This document shows positions 9,501 to 18,337 of a stretch of DNA of 52,838 nt, one piece after another. Source of the stretch: a virus (lineage: Duplodnaviria > Caudoviricetes); IMG/VR virus record IMGVR_UViG_3300009149_000044, positions 1-52,838 of that record; one strand, given 5' to 3'. Each line of letters begins with the position of its first letter. Position 1 is the first letter of the stretch. Made by a program: the position numbers and the translations under genes. A model generated the notes under the pieces. The model ran no database searches, had not been told where the DNA came from, and saw only the letters and a list, made by a program, of their open reading frames with translations.

Positions 9501-9960
9501 GCGCGACGATGTCATCGACTGCCTTGCGCAGGTCAGCTTCGACGCCTGCTCCCATCTTATGCCATACCAGAACAGACTTGGCGTGCATCTCTCCAGCCAG
9601 CTCCTGGAGGCGTTCTGTCGGAATGGCGGCTATCCGCTGGTGGGTCTTCAGGGCTGTGTCGAATGGTGCCATCTGTTTTGGCGATGACGCCAGCTGCAAC
9701 GTAGCTTGAGCCATCCGTTCGCCATATGCCACGACGAAGGCGGCGAGCGCGGCTTGCGTCACGTGGTTGCGGCCTTGGCCCAGTATTGATATGGCATCCT
9801 GGATGAACGTCGCGCTGCCCCGCTTAAACCCAGCTATCGCAGCACGCTGGCAGCGCCAGCCCACCTTACGGACTGCTTCCAGCGCCTTCCGTTCGTAGCG
9901 GGCCACTTTGCGCTGCCTGAGCTCAACCTGCGTCCGCTCTAGATCAGTGACTTTTGACAT
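6595..9960 (-). CDS. MuF / SPP1 gp7-like minor head protein with C-terminal effector domains (degenerate ART, two HTH, kinase-like, ADP-ribosyltransferase)
   Basis: MuF motif [13 protein letters not shown]...[10 protein letters not shown] directly after the portal; ART motifs [25 protein letters not shown]. Confidence 0.85.
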   Translation of the reverse strand: MSKVTDLERTQVELRQRKVARYERKALEAVRKVGWRCQRAAIAGFKRGSATFIQDAISILGQGRNHVTQAALAAFVVAYGERMAQATLQLASSPKQMAPFDTALKTHQRIAAIPTERLQELAGEMHAKSVLVWHKMGAGVEADLRKAVDDIVAQGMHVQDGVKRLGQAFEASGITPVNSFQLEAITRTQVQLAYSAGIWQADQHEAFKDLIWGYKYVTVGDDRVRPNHAALDGLLMKRDSPTLENYWPPNGWACRCDVIALDHEPEGYEPPDLMALPLPDPGFDYNPGRVFQQVVSEADVPFIVTTPQQLATDDMLGHTWADHWSAEELKQLANYYNGSNAAPALQALDKAAQNTLEKTRLLYARQFGDKAFTNLQVGQLVSQSAHFSATTYEAYLTTHKSPNAVLWRIKVPEGMNGAHLGALAKTANPGVFVLPREAQMQVTKISTEMIDGKEWQVVDLTVTKTPTPSPLVIAAPPPQAKPTPPAAPASSAPTPPAISDLVPATVAYDPGLHDTLAISTAASKLGLKYDKAYDMMKTGKLKGVKVGGKWHIAFDKPKPVVEWLPIKDAAAKMGIKYDKAYDQMKAGKLKGQKIDGKWHIEVTTQPGAKAATPAAAPAKEIAPEVVPDLERLDGVTFRVEDAHIGGTTGAKMVTITSGPQTGVQFVMKIGLSDERLQNEWLANELYRKLGGSQIGLPIESRLGVVDGRLALFNKKAQFSNVTAAAYKKAEEGFVFDAWMANWDVVGLDYDNIGINAAGKIIRLDSGGALLYRAQGAVKGNLFGNTVGELQTLRSASMNKTAAKVFAGINDKKLVTLIDDFEARVKAQGGLGVVNGIIDKSGMTAGSRMKLKATLSARYNDILAQREALKVKLAQTVSSASSVTSRRAAAEVVAGKTLLPEFDDAVLKFKKSSSPTPASFAAWEAARDKARHHYRTYEARWHSLPETGKRAVKHYTCSGYMEMNDKLRKLAAAEGRTRTVKELKLADFTRNGVSVSGSQLEALKRVDRAMSRSARLEEDKILVRFQRVIPPGWEKGGVYQFQGFGSTAEIPLIDFDRGVCAIEFKVKKGQRLIAGMNESENEYLLPHGTKVRVLETYNNVKDRYKAGIERKVIQVEILDDTD

Positions 9961-11321
9961 CAGCTACCCGTAAGCTTCTTGAGAATGTTGCGGCTCATCT
10001 CGGCGACCTTGCCGGGCTCCATACCCGGCTCCGGCTTTTCGTGCTCCAGCGCTTCGTATTCCTGCTGCGGCACCTCCAGCTTGTCTTTCAAGGACACCGT
10101 ATCGATCGTCCCATACTCCTCAAGGAACCCGCTGGGATTCTCGAGCAGCTTCTGGTAGATCTGGCGGAGGTAGGCCAGCGACCGATCTTCAAGCGGCGCC
10201 GCCTGCAGCCATACCTGGCTCCTCATCTTCAAGCCGAAGTTCAGCTCCAGGATCTGATCGACGCAGTGCCAGTTGATGTGGCGGGTGATGTGGCGGTCGA
10301 TCAGCTCCATATTCGTAAGCGCCAGGTTGGCGTGGACGCCCGCCTCCGCCTTGGTGCCAAATTCGCCCTCCAGGACCGCACGCTCCGGTAGCAAAAGCGC
10401 ACGAATCTTCTGGACATCGAGATATCGCAACCGGTCGATGAAGGTGGGTTGGCGTCCACCTCGATCTTCCAATATCTCGATCTTCCACTGGAGGGCTTCT
10501 TGATTCATCTGGTCCACGAACTCCGCTACCGTCTGCGGAACAGATATCGAGCCGCTGGACTCGAGCGTCTGCAGGACAGCCTTGGCAATCTCTGCGTTGC
10601 TCGTCTCAGCGCTGTTGTAGAGGCTGGTGCCAACCGGGTAGTAGACCACGAAGTGTGAGCCGGCGATCTTCTTATCATATCTCGCTGCGCCTGCATTCGC
10701 CTCGACCCATTCGTTGTAGGATACTCGAGCGTGCTCAAGGAGGCTCTGGCCGTGCCATTGCGTCCCTTCGACCCTGAATGGCACCAAGAGCACCTTATTG
10801 AGGGGCAGGTAGACCTCTGTCCCGTCCGTGCTGGTCTGCTTGAAACCAACGAACTCGCCTGTCGTGGCCAGCACCTGGATCTCTGTCAGGTCGTGGAGCA
10901 GCGGTTTCAGCTTGCTCAGCACAATACGAAGCTGCCCGCTCTCGTCGAACTTCAGCTTGAAGATCTTCTCGTAGCCTTGCCAGCCGAAGTCAATCCCACC
11001 GAAGAGCGCCGTTTCCATGATCATCTCGCGCAGCGGCACAAAGATCTCGTCGATGAGCGCCACTGCATCCTCTGGCGCGTCCTCGGCAGCCTCCACAGAC
11101 CAGGCACCAGCCATAATCGGCGCTGCTGTCAAGGCGCGGCCGAGTGCTATGGTGGGGTCTTGGCGGATGGTTCGATATGTCGCGTAGGACTTCGGCAGCG
11201 GATCGATCAGCGTGCCGCTGGTGCAGTAGGACGTCACCTGGGGCTTCGTCAGCTCCTGCGTGTCAATAGGCGGGCCAGCGATGGCCTTGTTGGGGTCTAT
11301 GCGGAGTCTTTCAGGGCTCAT
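9960..11321 (-). CDS. portal protein (Mu gp29/DUF935-like)
   Basis: Between terminase and MuF; FGWQGYEKIF, GQSLLE and QILELNFG motifs. Confidence 0.85.
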   Translation of the reverse strand: MSPERLRIDPNKAIAGPPIDTQELTKPQVTSYCTSGTLIDPLPKSYATYRTIRQDPTIALGRALTAAPIMAGAWSVEAAEDAPEDAVALIDEIFVPLREMIMETALFGGIDFGWQGYEKIFKLKFDESGQLRIVLSKLKPLLHDLTEIQVLATTGEFVGFKQTSTDGTEVYLPLNKVLLVPFRVEGTQWHGQSLLEHARVSYNEWVEANAGAARYDKKIAGSHFVVYYPVGTSLYNSAETSNAEIAKAVLQTLESSGSISVPQTVAEFVDQMNQEALQWKIEILEDRGGRQPTFIDRLRYLDVQKIRALLLPERAVLEGEFGTKAEAGVHANLALTNMELIDRHITRHINWHCVDQILELNFGLKMRSQVWLQAAPLEDRSLAYLRQIYQKLLENPSGFLEEYGTIDTVSLKDKLEVPQQEYEALEHEKPEPGMEPGKVAEMSRNILKKLTGS

Positions 11322-12661
11322 GTCGTGGTCACCTCTAACCGACTGGTAGCAATTCTGACGCGGATGGGATAGAGCAGTGAGATGATGTAGCCGAGCGCGT
11401 CAGTAATATGGCCAACATCACCTGAGTCATCTGGATCGCGTGATCCAGGCTTGTAGCCTCGCATCTGTAGGTCGTCCTTCAGGTGCTTACACCGTGGGTC
11501 GATGAATAAGCGGCAGTCGCCTGCGGCGTTTCTGAACATAGCGTTGCACGCCGCGAAACGGTCCTGCACGGCAGGGTTCTTCTCAGGGTAATGAATGGAC
11601 CGCCCCAGCCGTTTGAACCGTTCATCGTTAGCGATAATCAGGTAGTCGGTTTCTACAGCCGATGTCTTACGTGCGCGGCCTGTAGCATCACCGTAGAACT
11701 CAAAGCCGGCCTGGTGATCTTGATACCTCTGGTATAGAACGTCCAATGCCGCCATTGTATTGGTGTTCCGCATCCATAGCTCGTCAAACACCTCGAATCG
11801 ATCGAGCCAGCGGTGTCCTATGACCCACGCCATGGGGTCAACGTTGAAGTCGGAGCCGACCACGATTGCTTTGTCTGGTCTGTAAGTGACCGGCCTGACG
11901 TTATATTCTTCTGTGTAGGCAAAGAAGATCTGGCCCCCTGCCGTCTCGAACTTCGCCTCGAATTGCTCCCTGAAGTCCTTTATATCCATGTGCTGCTTAG
12001 CATGATCGAGGGCAGCTTGGGGCACAATACCTTCGCTAGGCCAGGTGAAGCCTGCAGCGTTCTCCAGCTCCCCTGCTGCAGCACGTTGGAAGAACTCTCG
12101 GTATTCAGCGACACCGATACCATGGCGCTTCGGCACACCGATCCTCCAACACCACGCATCCCGCCAAGAGAGGGCTGGCAGCACGTTGCGATCGAACGTG
12201 CCTGGCTTAATGTCACATGATTCATCTATGACGCAACCATCCCACTGAACCCCTTCTACGCGGGCGGGCTTATCCAAGCCGACGACCCACAGCTCAGAAC
12301 CGAACACGGTTCTGATGACCAACTCAGAGTGGCTCGGACTGCCGGCGATCCAGTTTTCAGGGATGAGACGAAGTAGATGATCCCAGGCAATGCGTTTCGC
12401 CTGCTCGTAGGTGGGTGCACCGTAGAAATATCTGGGGTCTTCCCAAGCCTTCTGGACCGGCAGGAACCTGACAAGGCGGCGCTTTGCCAACTCGGTCTTA
12501 CCGGATCCGCGTCCAGCCGGCACTGCTACGAACCTCTTCTTGCACGTCCATAGCTGAGACTGGATAGGATGGAACCGCAACGGGGTCCAGGCTGAGGTTG
12601 GACCGATCTGCTCAGGCGGTGCTTCTTGCTGCAATAACTCGGTCATCTGTCGGCTGACCAC
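11318..12661 (-). CDS. terL: terminase large subunit
   Basis: Walker A AGRGSGKT, Walker B CVIDE, nuclease GSDFNVDP and HITDALGY; true start may be ATG 12646. Confidence 0.93.
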   Translation of the reverse strand: MVSRQMTELLQQEAPPEQIGPTSAWTPLRFHPIQSQLWTCKKRFVAVPAGRGSGKTELAKRRLVRFLPVQKAWEDPRYFYGAPTYEQAKRIAWDHLLRLIPENWIAGSPSHSELVIRTVFGSELWVVGLDKPARVEGVQWDGCVIDESCDIKPGTFDRNVLPALSWRDAWCWRIGVPKRHGIGVAEYREFFQRAAAGELENAAGFTWPSEGIVPQAALDHAKQHMDIKDFREQFEAKFETAGGQIFFAYTEEYNVRPVTYRPDKAIVVGSDFNVDPMAWVIGHRWLDRFEVFDELWMRNTNTMAALDVLYQRYQDHQAGFEFYGDATGRARKTSAVETDYLIIANDERFKRLGRSIHYPEKNPAVQDRFAACNAMFRNAAGDCRLFIDPRCKHLKDDLQMRGYKPGSRDPDDSGDVGHITDALGYIISLLYPIRVRIATSRLEVTTT

Positions 12662-12767
12662 TCCGGTTATGGCAGTATGGACATTCGAGATCGATCGGCT
12701 CCCCTAAACAGATCGCCAACCATTTGAACCCGCATATCCAACACCGCGCCACAACCAAAATCACCAT
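12612..12767 (-). CDS. 51-aa zinc-ribbon protein
   Basis: Hand-translated: MVILVVARCWICGFKWLAICLGEPIDLECPYCHNRSG...; two CxxC pairs; ATG overlaps the terS stop. Confidence 0.6.
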   Translation of the reverse strand: MVILVVARCWICGFKWLAICLGEPIDLECPYCHNRSGQPTDDRVIAARSTA

Positions 12768-13135
12768 TAGTTGTCTTCCAGATCGAGGTCAGCGAAGTCA
12801 AGAGGGGTCAGCCGCCGCCTGTGGCGGATGGCAGCAGGGGGGCGTCCGAGCGTCACCGCGTCCATCATCAGGACGATCTGATCGGGCGTAGACGCTACCT
12901 GCTGGTTCACGTTCAGATCGATGGTCGTGTTCTTTGGCAGCAGCGGCATTACGATCTGCGTGAAGAACCTGAGCGCATCTACCTTGATCGCCTCTTCGAA
13001 CTTGTCCCGCAACCGCTTTCGGTTGTTGGCATCACTCAAGACCTCATCCAGCACGAAGAGGGCTCTGGTCCGGCCATTGACGGAGCCCCTCGGTCTGCCA
13101 GCTGGATTACCGCTTTCACCTTTTTCCCACGCCAT
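12767..13135 (-). CDS. terS: terminase small subunit (DUF5681-like N-terminus)
   Basis: WEKGESGNPAGRPRGS motif; upstream of terL; start at ATG 13135, downstream of the promoter. Confidence 0.7.
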   Translation of the reverse strand: MAWEKGESGNPAGRPRGSVNGRTRALFVLDEVLSDANNRKRLRDKFEEAIKVDALRFFTQIVMPLLPKNTTIDLNVNQQVASTPDQIVLMMDAVTLGRPPAAIRHRRRLTPLDFADLDLEDN

Positions 13136-13188
13136 CTTTTCATCTCCCGTGAATTCTGCTCTCATCTGCTTCGGACCTTTACATGGTA

Positions 13189-13217
13189 AGTATAAGGTCA
13201 TCACCCGGAGAAGTCAA
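13189..13217 (-). promoter_or_regulatory. sigma70-type promoter for the packaging operon
   Basis: TTGACT-TCTCCGGGTGATGACCT(17)-TATACT. Confidence 0.8.
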
Positions 13218-13249
13218 GCAGAATTCTATATGTCGGTCTGCTCAAGAGG

Positions 13250-13858
13250 TTACGTGCTCTCACCATCCCTGCATAGATACCACGCATTCATCCACTGCAC
13301 CTTGGCGAATCCTGGGTGCCACGGATCAATGTATTCAGACCAGTGGGCACCTAGGATTGAATCGGTGATCTCAAACCTGCTTACGCCTACTGGGTAACCG
13401 CCGGGGGTCAGGTTCTCGTAGAAGCACGTCATCTCCATGACCCGTAAGCCCAAGTCCTTTTCGCGTATCATATCTGCTTCTGCAGCCGTGGGCGGGTTGA
13501 GACCGAATCTCTTCCAGATCTCCGCCATCCACATCGCTTGCCACGCTCTGTAGTCGATGGTTATCACTCGGCTGACCTGCAGTCTGAAGTAATCCTTCAT
13601 CGGTGATATGATATCACCTGTGTAGACCTCATGCGCGTCGTGGAGCAAACCATGCACCCGCAGATGAGGTGGCAAGGCTGCCGCTACATAAACGCTATGC
13701 TGGGCTACGCTATAGAACGCACCTGAGTGGCCGTTATACCGAGCCTTGTTCGCCAGCCCGTTTGCTATATCCTCCAGCTTGATTTCCTCCGCTCTGGGGA
13801 TGAGCAGGTGAACCTTCGGGCACTTCTGCGTCTGCAACCAAGGTTGCTCTGATTTCAT
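13250..13858 (-). CDS. HD-domain phosphohydrolase (YfbR-like 5'-deoxynucleotidase)
   Basis: RYNGH, YSVAQHS and LLHDAHEVYTGDI motifs. Confidence 0.85.
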   Translation of the reverse strand: MKSEQPWLQTQKCPKVHLLIPRAEEIKLEDIANGLANKARYNGHSGAFYSVAQHSVYVAAALPPHLRVHGLLHDAHEVYTGDIISPMKDYFRLQVSRVITIDYRAWQAMWMAEIWKRFGLNPPTAAEADMIREKDLGLRVMEMTCFYENLTPGGYPVGVSRFEITDSILGAHWSEYIDPWHPGFAKVQWMNAWYLCRDGEST

Positions 13859-14223
13859 CTCTGGAATCCTTTCTGATGCAGTGCTTGCACCTTTCGTCCG
13901 AGTGTGGTCTCAAGCGATGGTTTCACTTTCGCTTCGTAGAATACCTGCCCCTTTTCGGTCAGCTTGTAGATCATCATATTCCGCTGGCCTTGGTCGGCGC
14001 TGACGACCTCTGCCTCCTTGATCAGACCCATATTGTCCAAGAACGCCAAGTCGTCGTAAGCCTGCGGCACGAACTCACCGAACCTACCCTGCTCAACCAG
14101 GTGACCTTTCTTACGCATCTTCAGCACGGCAGCCAGCAGCTTCATCAGCCGAGTGCGGCCGTGGACCTTATTGTCAGGTGCTCTGGCGAGCAGCAGGATG
14201 ATCTCATCATGCACGTGCTCCAT
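13855..14223 (-). CDS. winged-helix protein (YwgA/SocA-like)
   Basis: GRTRLMKL, YDDLAFLDNMGLI and YKLTEKG pattern. Confidence 0.55.
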   Translation of the reverse strand: MEHVHDEIILLLARAPDNKVHGRTRLMKLLAAVLKMRKKGHLVEQGRFGEFVPQAYDDLAFLDNMGLIKEAEVVSADQGQRNMMIYKLTEKGQVFYEAKVKPSLETTLGRKVQALHQKGFQR

Positions 14224-14225
14224 TG

Positions 14226-14594
14226 CTACTCCTCAAACAGGTTGAGCACCTCTGGCTCCAAGCCCGCCTCTGTCCTGAAGCACTTCATCACTTCGATCGC
14301 CTCATCTCGCGTTACTGGTCGCCTCTTGATCAGTTCGTCCGTCCCTTTCCGCCACGCTTCGTAAGCCCGATCACTGCAGCAGATGAGAAGATTCAGCGCA
14401 CCGAACCGCAAGCAGATATGCTCACTACCAACATAGCCCTCCTCGGTAGGCTGAATATCAGCTGCGCTGCGCAGCAGGTCTGCCAAACCCGGCTGGTCCA
14501 TCAAACACTTGTCGTCTGCCCGTATCACCAGATCATAATCTGACTGAGCATGCGGGACCCCATACACCCTCGAACCTGTAAGAAATGCGTTCAT
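14226..14594 (-). CDS. minimal nucleotidyltransferase (Pol-beta superfamily)
   Basis: LTGSRVYG...SDYDLVI (GS...DxD). Confidence 0.75.
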   Translation of the reverse strand: MNAFLTGSRVYGVPHAQSDYDLVIRADDKCLMDQPGLADLLRSAADIQPTEEGYVGSEHICLRFGALNLLICCSDRAYEAWRKGTDELIKRRPVTRDEAIEVMKCFRTEAGLEPEVLNLFEE

Positions 14595-14603
14595 CTTTGC
14601 TCC

Positions 14604-14966
14604 TTAGTCTTTGCTCCGCTGATCGCGCAGTGCTTTCCATTCGTTATACGTCTTGTCCCACGCCGCAGACGCTTCTTTCTCTTTGGCAGCTCTCGCTGCC
14701 CTGCTAGCAGCCCGCTCTGGTTCACCAGCCTCCCATTCTTTTGCACGGGCAGCCCGCCAAGCCTCGGCCTTAGCTGCCCACTCTGCCCTTATGCGGTCAG
14801 GTGCCACCTCTTCTGCTTTGTCATCCCACCACGCCTCTATCTGCGCGGACTGCCAAGCCCGTGCTCGGTTAGCCCACCACAGGTCAGCTGCATACCACAG
14901 CCCCACCAGCAGCAGTAGAACGACCAACACAATACCCACCGCACGCCGGTAAGCACGCATATTCAC
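14604..14966 (-). CDS. hypothetical membrane protein
   Basis: N-terminal TM (VGIVLVVLLLLVGLW) and an Ala/Trp-rich helix; start uncertain. Confidence 0.5.
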   Translation of the reverse strand: MNMRAYRRAVGIVLVVLLLLVGLWYAADLWWANRARAWQSAQIEAWWDDKAEEVAPDRIRAEWAAKAEAWRAARAKEWEAGEPERAASRAARAAKEKEASAAWDKTYNEWKALRDQRSKD

Positions 14967-14976
14967 CTGCCTTTCT

Positions 14977-15429
14977 TTAGTCCCTGCCGGTCTTCTCTTT
15001 GAAGCGGCGCAGCAGGTTACCTTGGACCGCTGCACGGCTCCTGATCATACGAGTGAGCCGCTGGCGCTCACGACAGTTTTCGCACCACTTATCTGGCCAG
15101 CTTCGAATGAGGAAATACTCAAAGCACGCGGCGCCGCCGTTCAGATAGCGATGCGTGCAGTAGAGTCCCTTCCGCAAATTCTTGAGTCTGCGAACATCGA
15201 GCATCGCGTGGGCGTGGAGAAATGCGACCTCCGCGGCTGTAACGGGATCGTCTGCAGTTACGCAGACACCGGTATAATGTCTGGCTACCAGCAGCACGTC
15301 TTCAACAGCCTCAGGGCGAACTATACGCAGCTTGGCGGCCAGCTGCTCGGTGATTGCCAGCAAAAACTCATGTGACAACCTCCAGCCTTGCTCGGCCTCT
15401 TCAGGTGTCGCTAACGGTATCCTTTTCAC
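14977..15429 (-). CDS. hypothetical protein (Cys/His C-terminus)
   Basis: Co-directional packed ORF. Confidence 0.45.
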   Translation of the reverse strand: MKRIPLATPEEAEQGWRLSHEFLLAITEQLAAKLRIVRPEAVEDVLLVARHYTGVCVTADDPVTAAEVAFLHAHAMLDVRRLKNLRKGLYCTHRYLNGGAACFEYFLIRSWPDKWCENCRERQRLTRMIRSRAAVQGNLLRRFKEKTGRD

Positions 15430-15643
15430 TCATGTTCTCCTTTCCCGAGCCTCCACAATCCGGGCATATTCGAGGCGGAAACATTATCACACCGAGAGCA
15501 CTCTGCAAGGGGATCTTCATTGCCTCGGAGCCTGGTATCTCATCTTTTCCGTGGCCCCATATCTTGCCACATCCATCGCATCGAACGCATTTCTGTTCAG
15601 GCATCACTCTTGCCTCCTGCTCTGATTCATTCCCACGGCTCAT
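15401..15643 (-). CDS. small zinc-finger protein
   Basis: CVRCDGCG and CPDCGGSG (DnaJ-like Cys repeats). Confidence 0.55.
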   Translation of the reverse strand: MSRGNESEQEARVMPEQKCVRCDGCGKIWGHGKDEIPGSEAMKIPLQSALGVIMFPPRICPDCGGSGKENMSEKDTVSDT

Positions 15644-15869
15644 AGTGCCTCCACCCTTTAGTCGGAAACTGTGCTAATGTCGGGTCAACGATTTGACCGG
15701 CTGGCGTTACCAGCCACCAGTGGGGGTGTCCGACCCAACACATATCATAATAATGACCACGAACTCGTTTCAATTCAGGAAATATCTTTACCATCTGCTC
15801 GGTAAGCTCGGCAGATGGGGCAAAGCCATCCTTCTCCACGTGTTCGTGTATCCATTCGGTGTAGGTCAC
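15627..15869 (-). CDS. hypothetical protein (small transglutaminase-like HWW...IVDPT motif)
   Basis: VRGHY...HWWL...IVDPTLAQF. Confidence 0.5.
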   Translation of the reverse strand: MTYTEWIHEHVEKDGFAPSAELTEQMVKIFPELKRVRGHYYDMCWVGHPHWWLVTPAGQIVDPTLAQFPTKGWRHYEPWE

Positions 15870-16069
15870 GATTCACCGCCTTTCTCCGACTGCCCAGTTA
15901 TCGGGCCTCCCGGCAGCACCACTGGCTTATGCCATTCCCACGGGCCACCACGCCCATAAGCTACCGCAACACGCTCGCCCACCTCAGTCTGGACGATCTT
16001 CGCATACCGCCCGTTCTGATAACCAAGCGACTCGACGACTTTGTAGCGCTTACCGTCGATCGTTATCAT
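15866..16069 (-). CDS. hypothetical protein
   Basis: 4-nt start/stop overlaps with both neighbours. Confidence 0.5.
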   Translation of the reverse strand: MITIDGKRYKVVESLGYQNGRYAKIVQTEVGERVAVAYGRGGPWEWHKPVVLPGGPITGQSEKGGES

Positions 16070-16377
16070 CTCATCAGCACCTGCACGTCGTCTGGCACCG
16101 TCAACACGAGCAGCGGGCTGTAGGGCACGTGGCTCATCATCATCTCAATGGGCCAGTTGGGGACTGCAGCGTCTTCGTTGAGTTGCTGGATGCCAATACA
16201 CCACAGACCCTCATCCTCGACCTTACCATACAGGCCGACCACCAGCAGTCCGGCGCCATCCGCTATCACCTCATAGACACCGGGTTTTTGATAGCAGCCG
16301 ATCTCCTCCTCGAACCCGTAGTCACTCTCGACCTCGAACAGGTCATCACTCAGACCGTAGAACTTCAGCTTCTTCAC
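16066..16377 (-). CDS. hypothetical protein
   Basis: AAGGAG RBS, GTG start; FYGLSDDLFEVE motif typical of small phage proteins. Confidence 0.55.
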   Translation of the reverse strand: MKKLKFYGLSDDLFEVESDYGFEEEIGCYQKPGVYEVIADGAGLLVVGLYGKVEDEGLWCIGIQQLNEDAAVPNWPIEMMMSHVPYSPLLVLTVPDDVQVLMR

Positions 16378-16484
16378 CGACCTTCTCCTTTCTTGCTATA
16401 ACACTCGAGCAGCCAGCTCACCAGCCCGAGCAGCAGAAATGCCCACCACCCTACAAAGCACATAAACGCTATTGCTGAGATCAT
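16374..16484 (-). CDS. 36-aa membrane peptide
   Basis: Hand-translated MISAIAFMCFVGWWAFLLLGLVSWLLECYSKKGEGR; overlaps both neighbours by 4 nt. Confidence 0.5.
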   Translation of the reverse strand: MISAIAFMCFVGWWAFLLLGLVSWLLECYSKKGEGR

Positions 16485-17359
16485 TCTGACTCCAGTTGCT
16501 CAACCACCTCGGCGAGCTTGTTCTTGCCGTCGATTTCGATCTCAACGGCCGCATCCCATTGATCAGCATCAAGGTATTCGTCGACGTATTTTCGGATCAG
16601 ATCCGCCAGCGTTCTTGGATCAAGCGCATCCAGTTCCCAGCTGCTGGAGCCATACTCCGCGATATACCCACGTGCCCTGGCGTCTGTGAGCTTTGCTGGG
16701 TTCGGCGGTGGGTTATATTCCTCCACTTGATCCATTGTCAGCGCAATACGAATGACGTCCAAGCGCCCCGGATACGAGAACAGCCGGAGTCGCTCCTCAA
16801 TGTCGCGTGTCATATCGACGCCGGACGGATCGTGGTCACCGAGGTGGAGGATGATTGTGCGCTGGTTCCGGCTCTTGATCCTCTGCGCCGCCCGCCACAT
16901 CTCGCTGTCGCTGGTGTAACCCCGGCAAGAGAAGTGCGGCAGATACCACTTGTCGCAGACGCCTTCGATCACACCGATCAGCGCGTCCTTTTCAATCCAG
17001 ACCTCCATCCGGTAGGGCTGCATAGCCCAGCGATCAATTCTGAATTGCTGCGCGCATGCGTTTACGATTGACGCTGGGCTGTCCCAGTGCGGGGCATCCC
17101 TGAGGAACCGCGTCCGGTCTTCGATAGTATACCAGTCAACAAGACCGGCACGGCGCGCCTTGCTGATTACCTGGCCGAGCATATTGTAGCTCCGCTCGTT
17201 GTTTGGCAGGTAGTCACGCGCGACGAACTGGTAGTAGAGCTGGCGCAAGGTGAGCGAAAACCCCGCCTCGGCGTATTCAGAGATGATCTGGTTGGCGACT
17301 TCAACAGTCTCGAGAGCAGCAGCCCTCGGGTTCCAGTCTTCGTAGCAGATACACGGCAT
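16481..17359 (-). CDS. Topo VI-A/Spo11-like wHTH-TOPRIM protein
   Basis: LTLRQLYYQFV (candidate catalytic Tyr), EVWIEKD, GDHDPSG and WELDAL motifs. Confidence 0.75.
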   Translation of the reverse strand: MPCICYEDWNPRAAALETVEVANQIISEYAEAGFSLTLRQLYYQFVARDYLPNNERSYNMLGQVISKARRAGLVDWYTIEDRTRFLRDAPHWDSPASIVNACAQQFRIDRWAMQPYRMEVWIEKDALIGVIEGVCDKWYLPHFSCRGYTSDSEMWRAAQRIKSRNQRTIILHLGDHDPSGVDMTRDIEERLRLFSYPGRLDVIRIALTMDQVEEYNPPPNPAKLTDARARGYIAEYGSSSWELDALDPRTLADLIRKYVDEYLDADQWDAAVEIEIDGKNKLAEVVEQLESE

Positions 17360-17393
17360 TTGACTGCTCCTACAGTAAGCCTCCGTTGCACGA

Positions 17394-17404
17394 AACTATA
17401 TCAC
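17394..17404 (-). promoter_or_regulatory. GTGATATAGTT motif (extended -10-like or phage-specific promoter)
   Basis: Exact copies also at 25563-25573, 33303-33313 and 41826-41836; each lies just upstream of a gene start. Confidence 0.6.
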
Positions 17405-17420
17405 GCACCTTGATCACCTC

Positions 17421-18050
17421 TCACGCACCATACATCCCGGGGAAGTCGGTGTTATCCAGGTCCATCACGGCATTATCCAACACCTCCAGCAGATCGTCTG
17501 CCAGCGTGATTGCTCGCGCTTCTGCCGGGGCAGCGGAGGCTTTGACCTGTGCAAGGTATTCATTTGCAGCAAGCTCGCACGCGACCAGACCAGCCATCAC
17601 GTCATCGATCCGGTCGCGCCGGCTGGTATAATCAAGGATGGTCGGCGGGTTGTAAACCGGCAGCTCGCAAAGCAGTTCAGGTATTTCGTCAGGCTGCTGG
17701 TCCACTACACCCGCGAGCGTATAGATGGTCTCCTGCAGCCGCATACCCGTGTCATCATCGCGCAGCGCGTCAGGGAGCGCCTCCAGCCATTCCTCCAACT
17801 CACCCTGAACCTCTTCGATCTCTGCGAAGGCATATTCAACCACCTCCGCGAACGAGTGCGTGAAACGCGCACGCTCCGCCACCTGATAAACCTCCAGCTC
17901 AGGCAAGGGCTGGATGATGCGGAACTTGCGCTTCTCGCGCTTCTGCCGAGGCTGGCAGTCCAGATAGTCAGCCAGCACGATGAACACCCGCGGCCCGTAG
18001 ACCTTCTTCAACTTCATACCAGTAACGATCTCGCCAACGTTCGCAAACAT
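17421..18050 (-). CDS. hypothetical acidic protein
   Basis: AAGGAG RBS, ATG 18050 overlapping the upstream stop; ends FPGMYG. Confidence 0.55.
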   Translation of the reverse strand: MFANVGEIVTGMKLKKVYGPRVFIVLADYLDCQPRQKREKRKFRIIQPLPELEVYQVAERARFTHSFAEVVEYAFAEIEEVQGELEEWLEALPDALRDDDTGMRLQETIYTLAGVVDQQPDEIPELLCELPVYNPPTILDYTSRRDRIDDVMAGLVACELAANEYLAQVKASAAPAEARAITLADDLLEVLDNAVMDLDNTDFPGMYGA

Positions 18051-18337
18051 CAGATCTTCTCCTTCGTATAAACCAAAATCGGTGCCATCCGGCCTGCGAG
18101 ACTGCGATTGTGCGACGTTGCACTGATCGCACCCGGGCCAGATATGTGAACCGAAACCTTGTAGGTATGCGGGACCAGCAGCGGAATAATCTGGTCCCGG
18201 TAGCGTTCCCAATACCGACGCGCTGCGTCAGCGCGGCTGCTGGCGAGCAGCACGACCGCAAACCGCGCGTTATCGCCAGGGCTTGCAGCCGGCTGCCCGA
18301 GGTATAAACGGTCAATGTAGCACCGATACCTATGCAC
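18050..18337 (-). CDS. hypothetical protein
   Basis: AAGGAG RBS before GTG 18337; stop couples to the next ATG. Confidence 0.45.
   Translation of the reverse strand: MHRYRCYIDRLYLGQPAASPGDNARFAVVLLASSRADAARRYWERYRDQIIPLLVPHTYKVSVHISGPGAISATSHNRSLAGRMAPILVYTKEKI

Noticed and set aside
5121-11321. Mu-like transposable or temperate phage, suggested by Mu-type portal, MuF, protease, gp36 and gpG
   Set aside because: No transposase, MuB, integrase or CI-like repressor was recognised, and the phage encodes its own replisome.
17968-18315. Alternative minus-strand ORF, and the long 5' extension of 17421-18212
   Set aside because: RBS positions and start/stop coupling favour 18050-18337 and 17421-18050.
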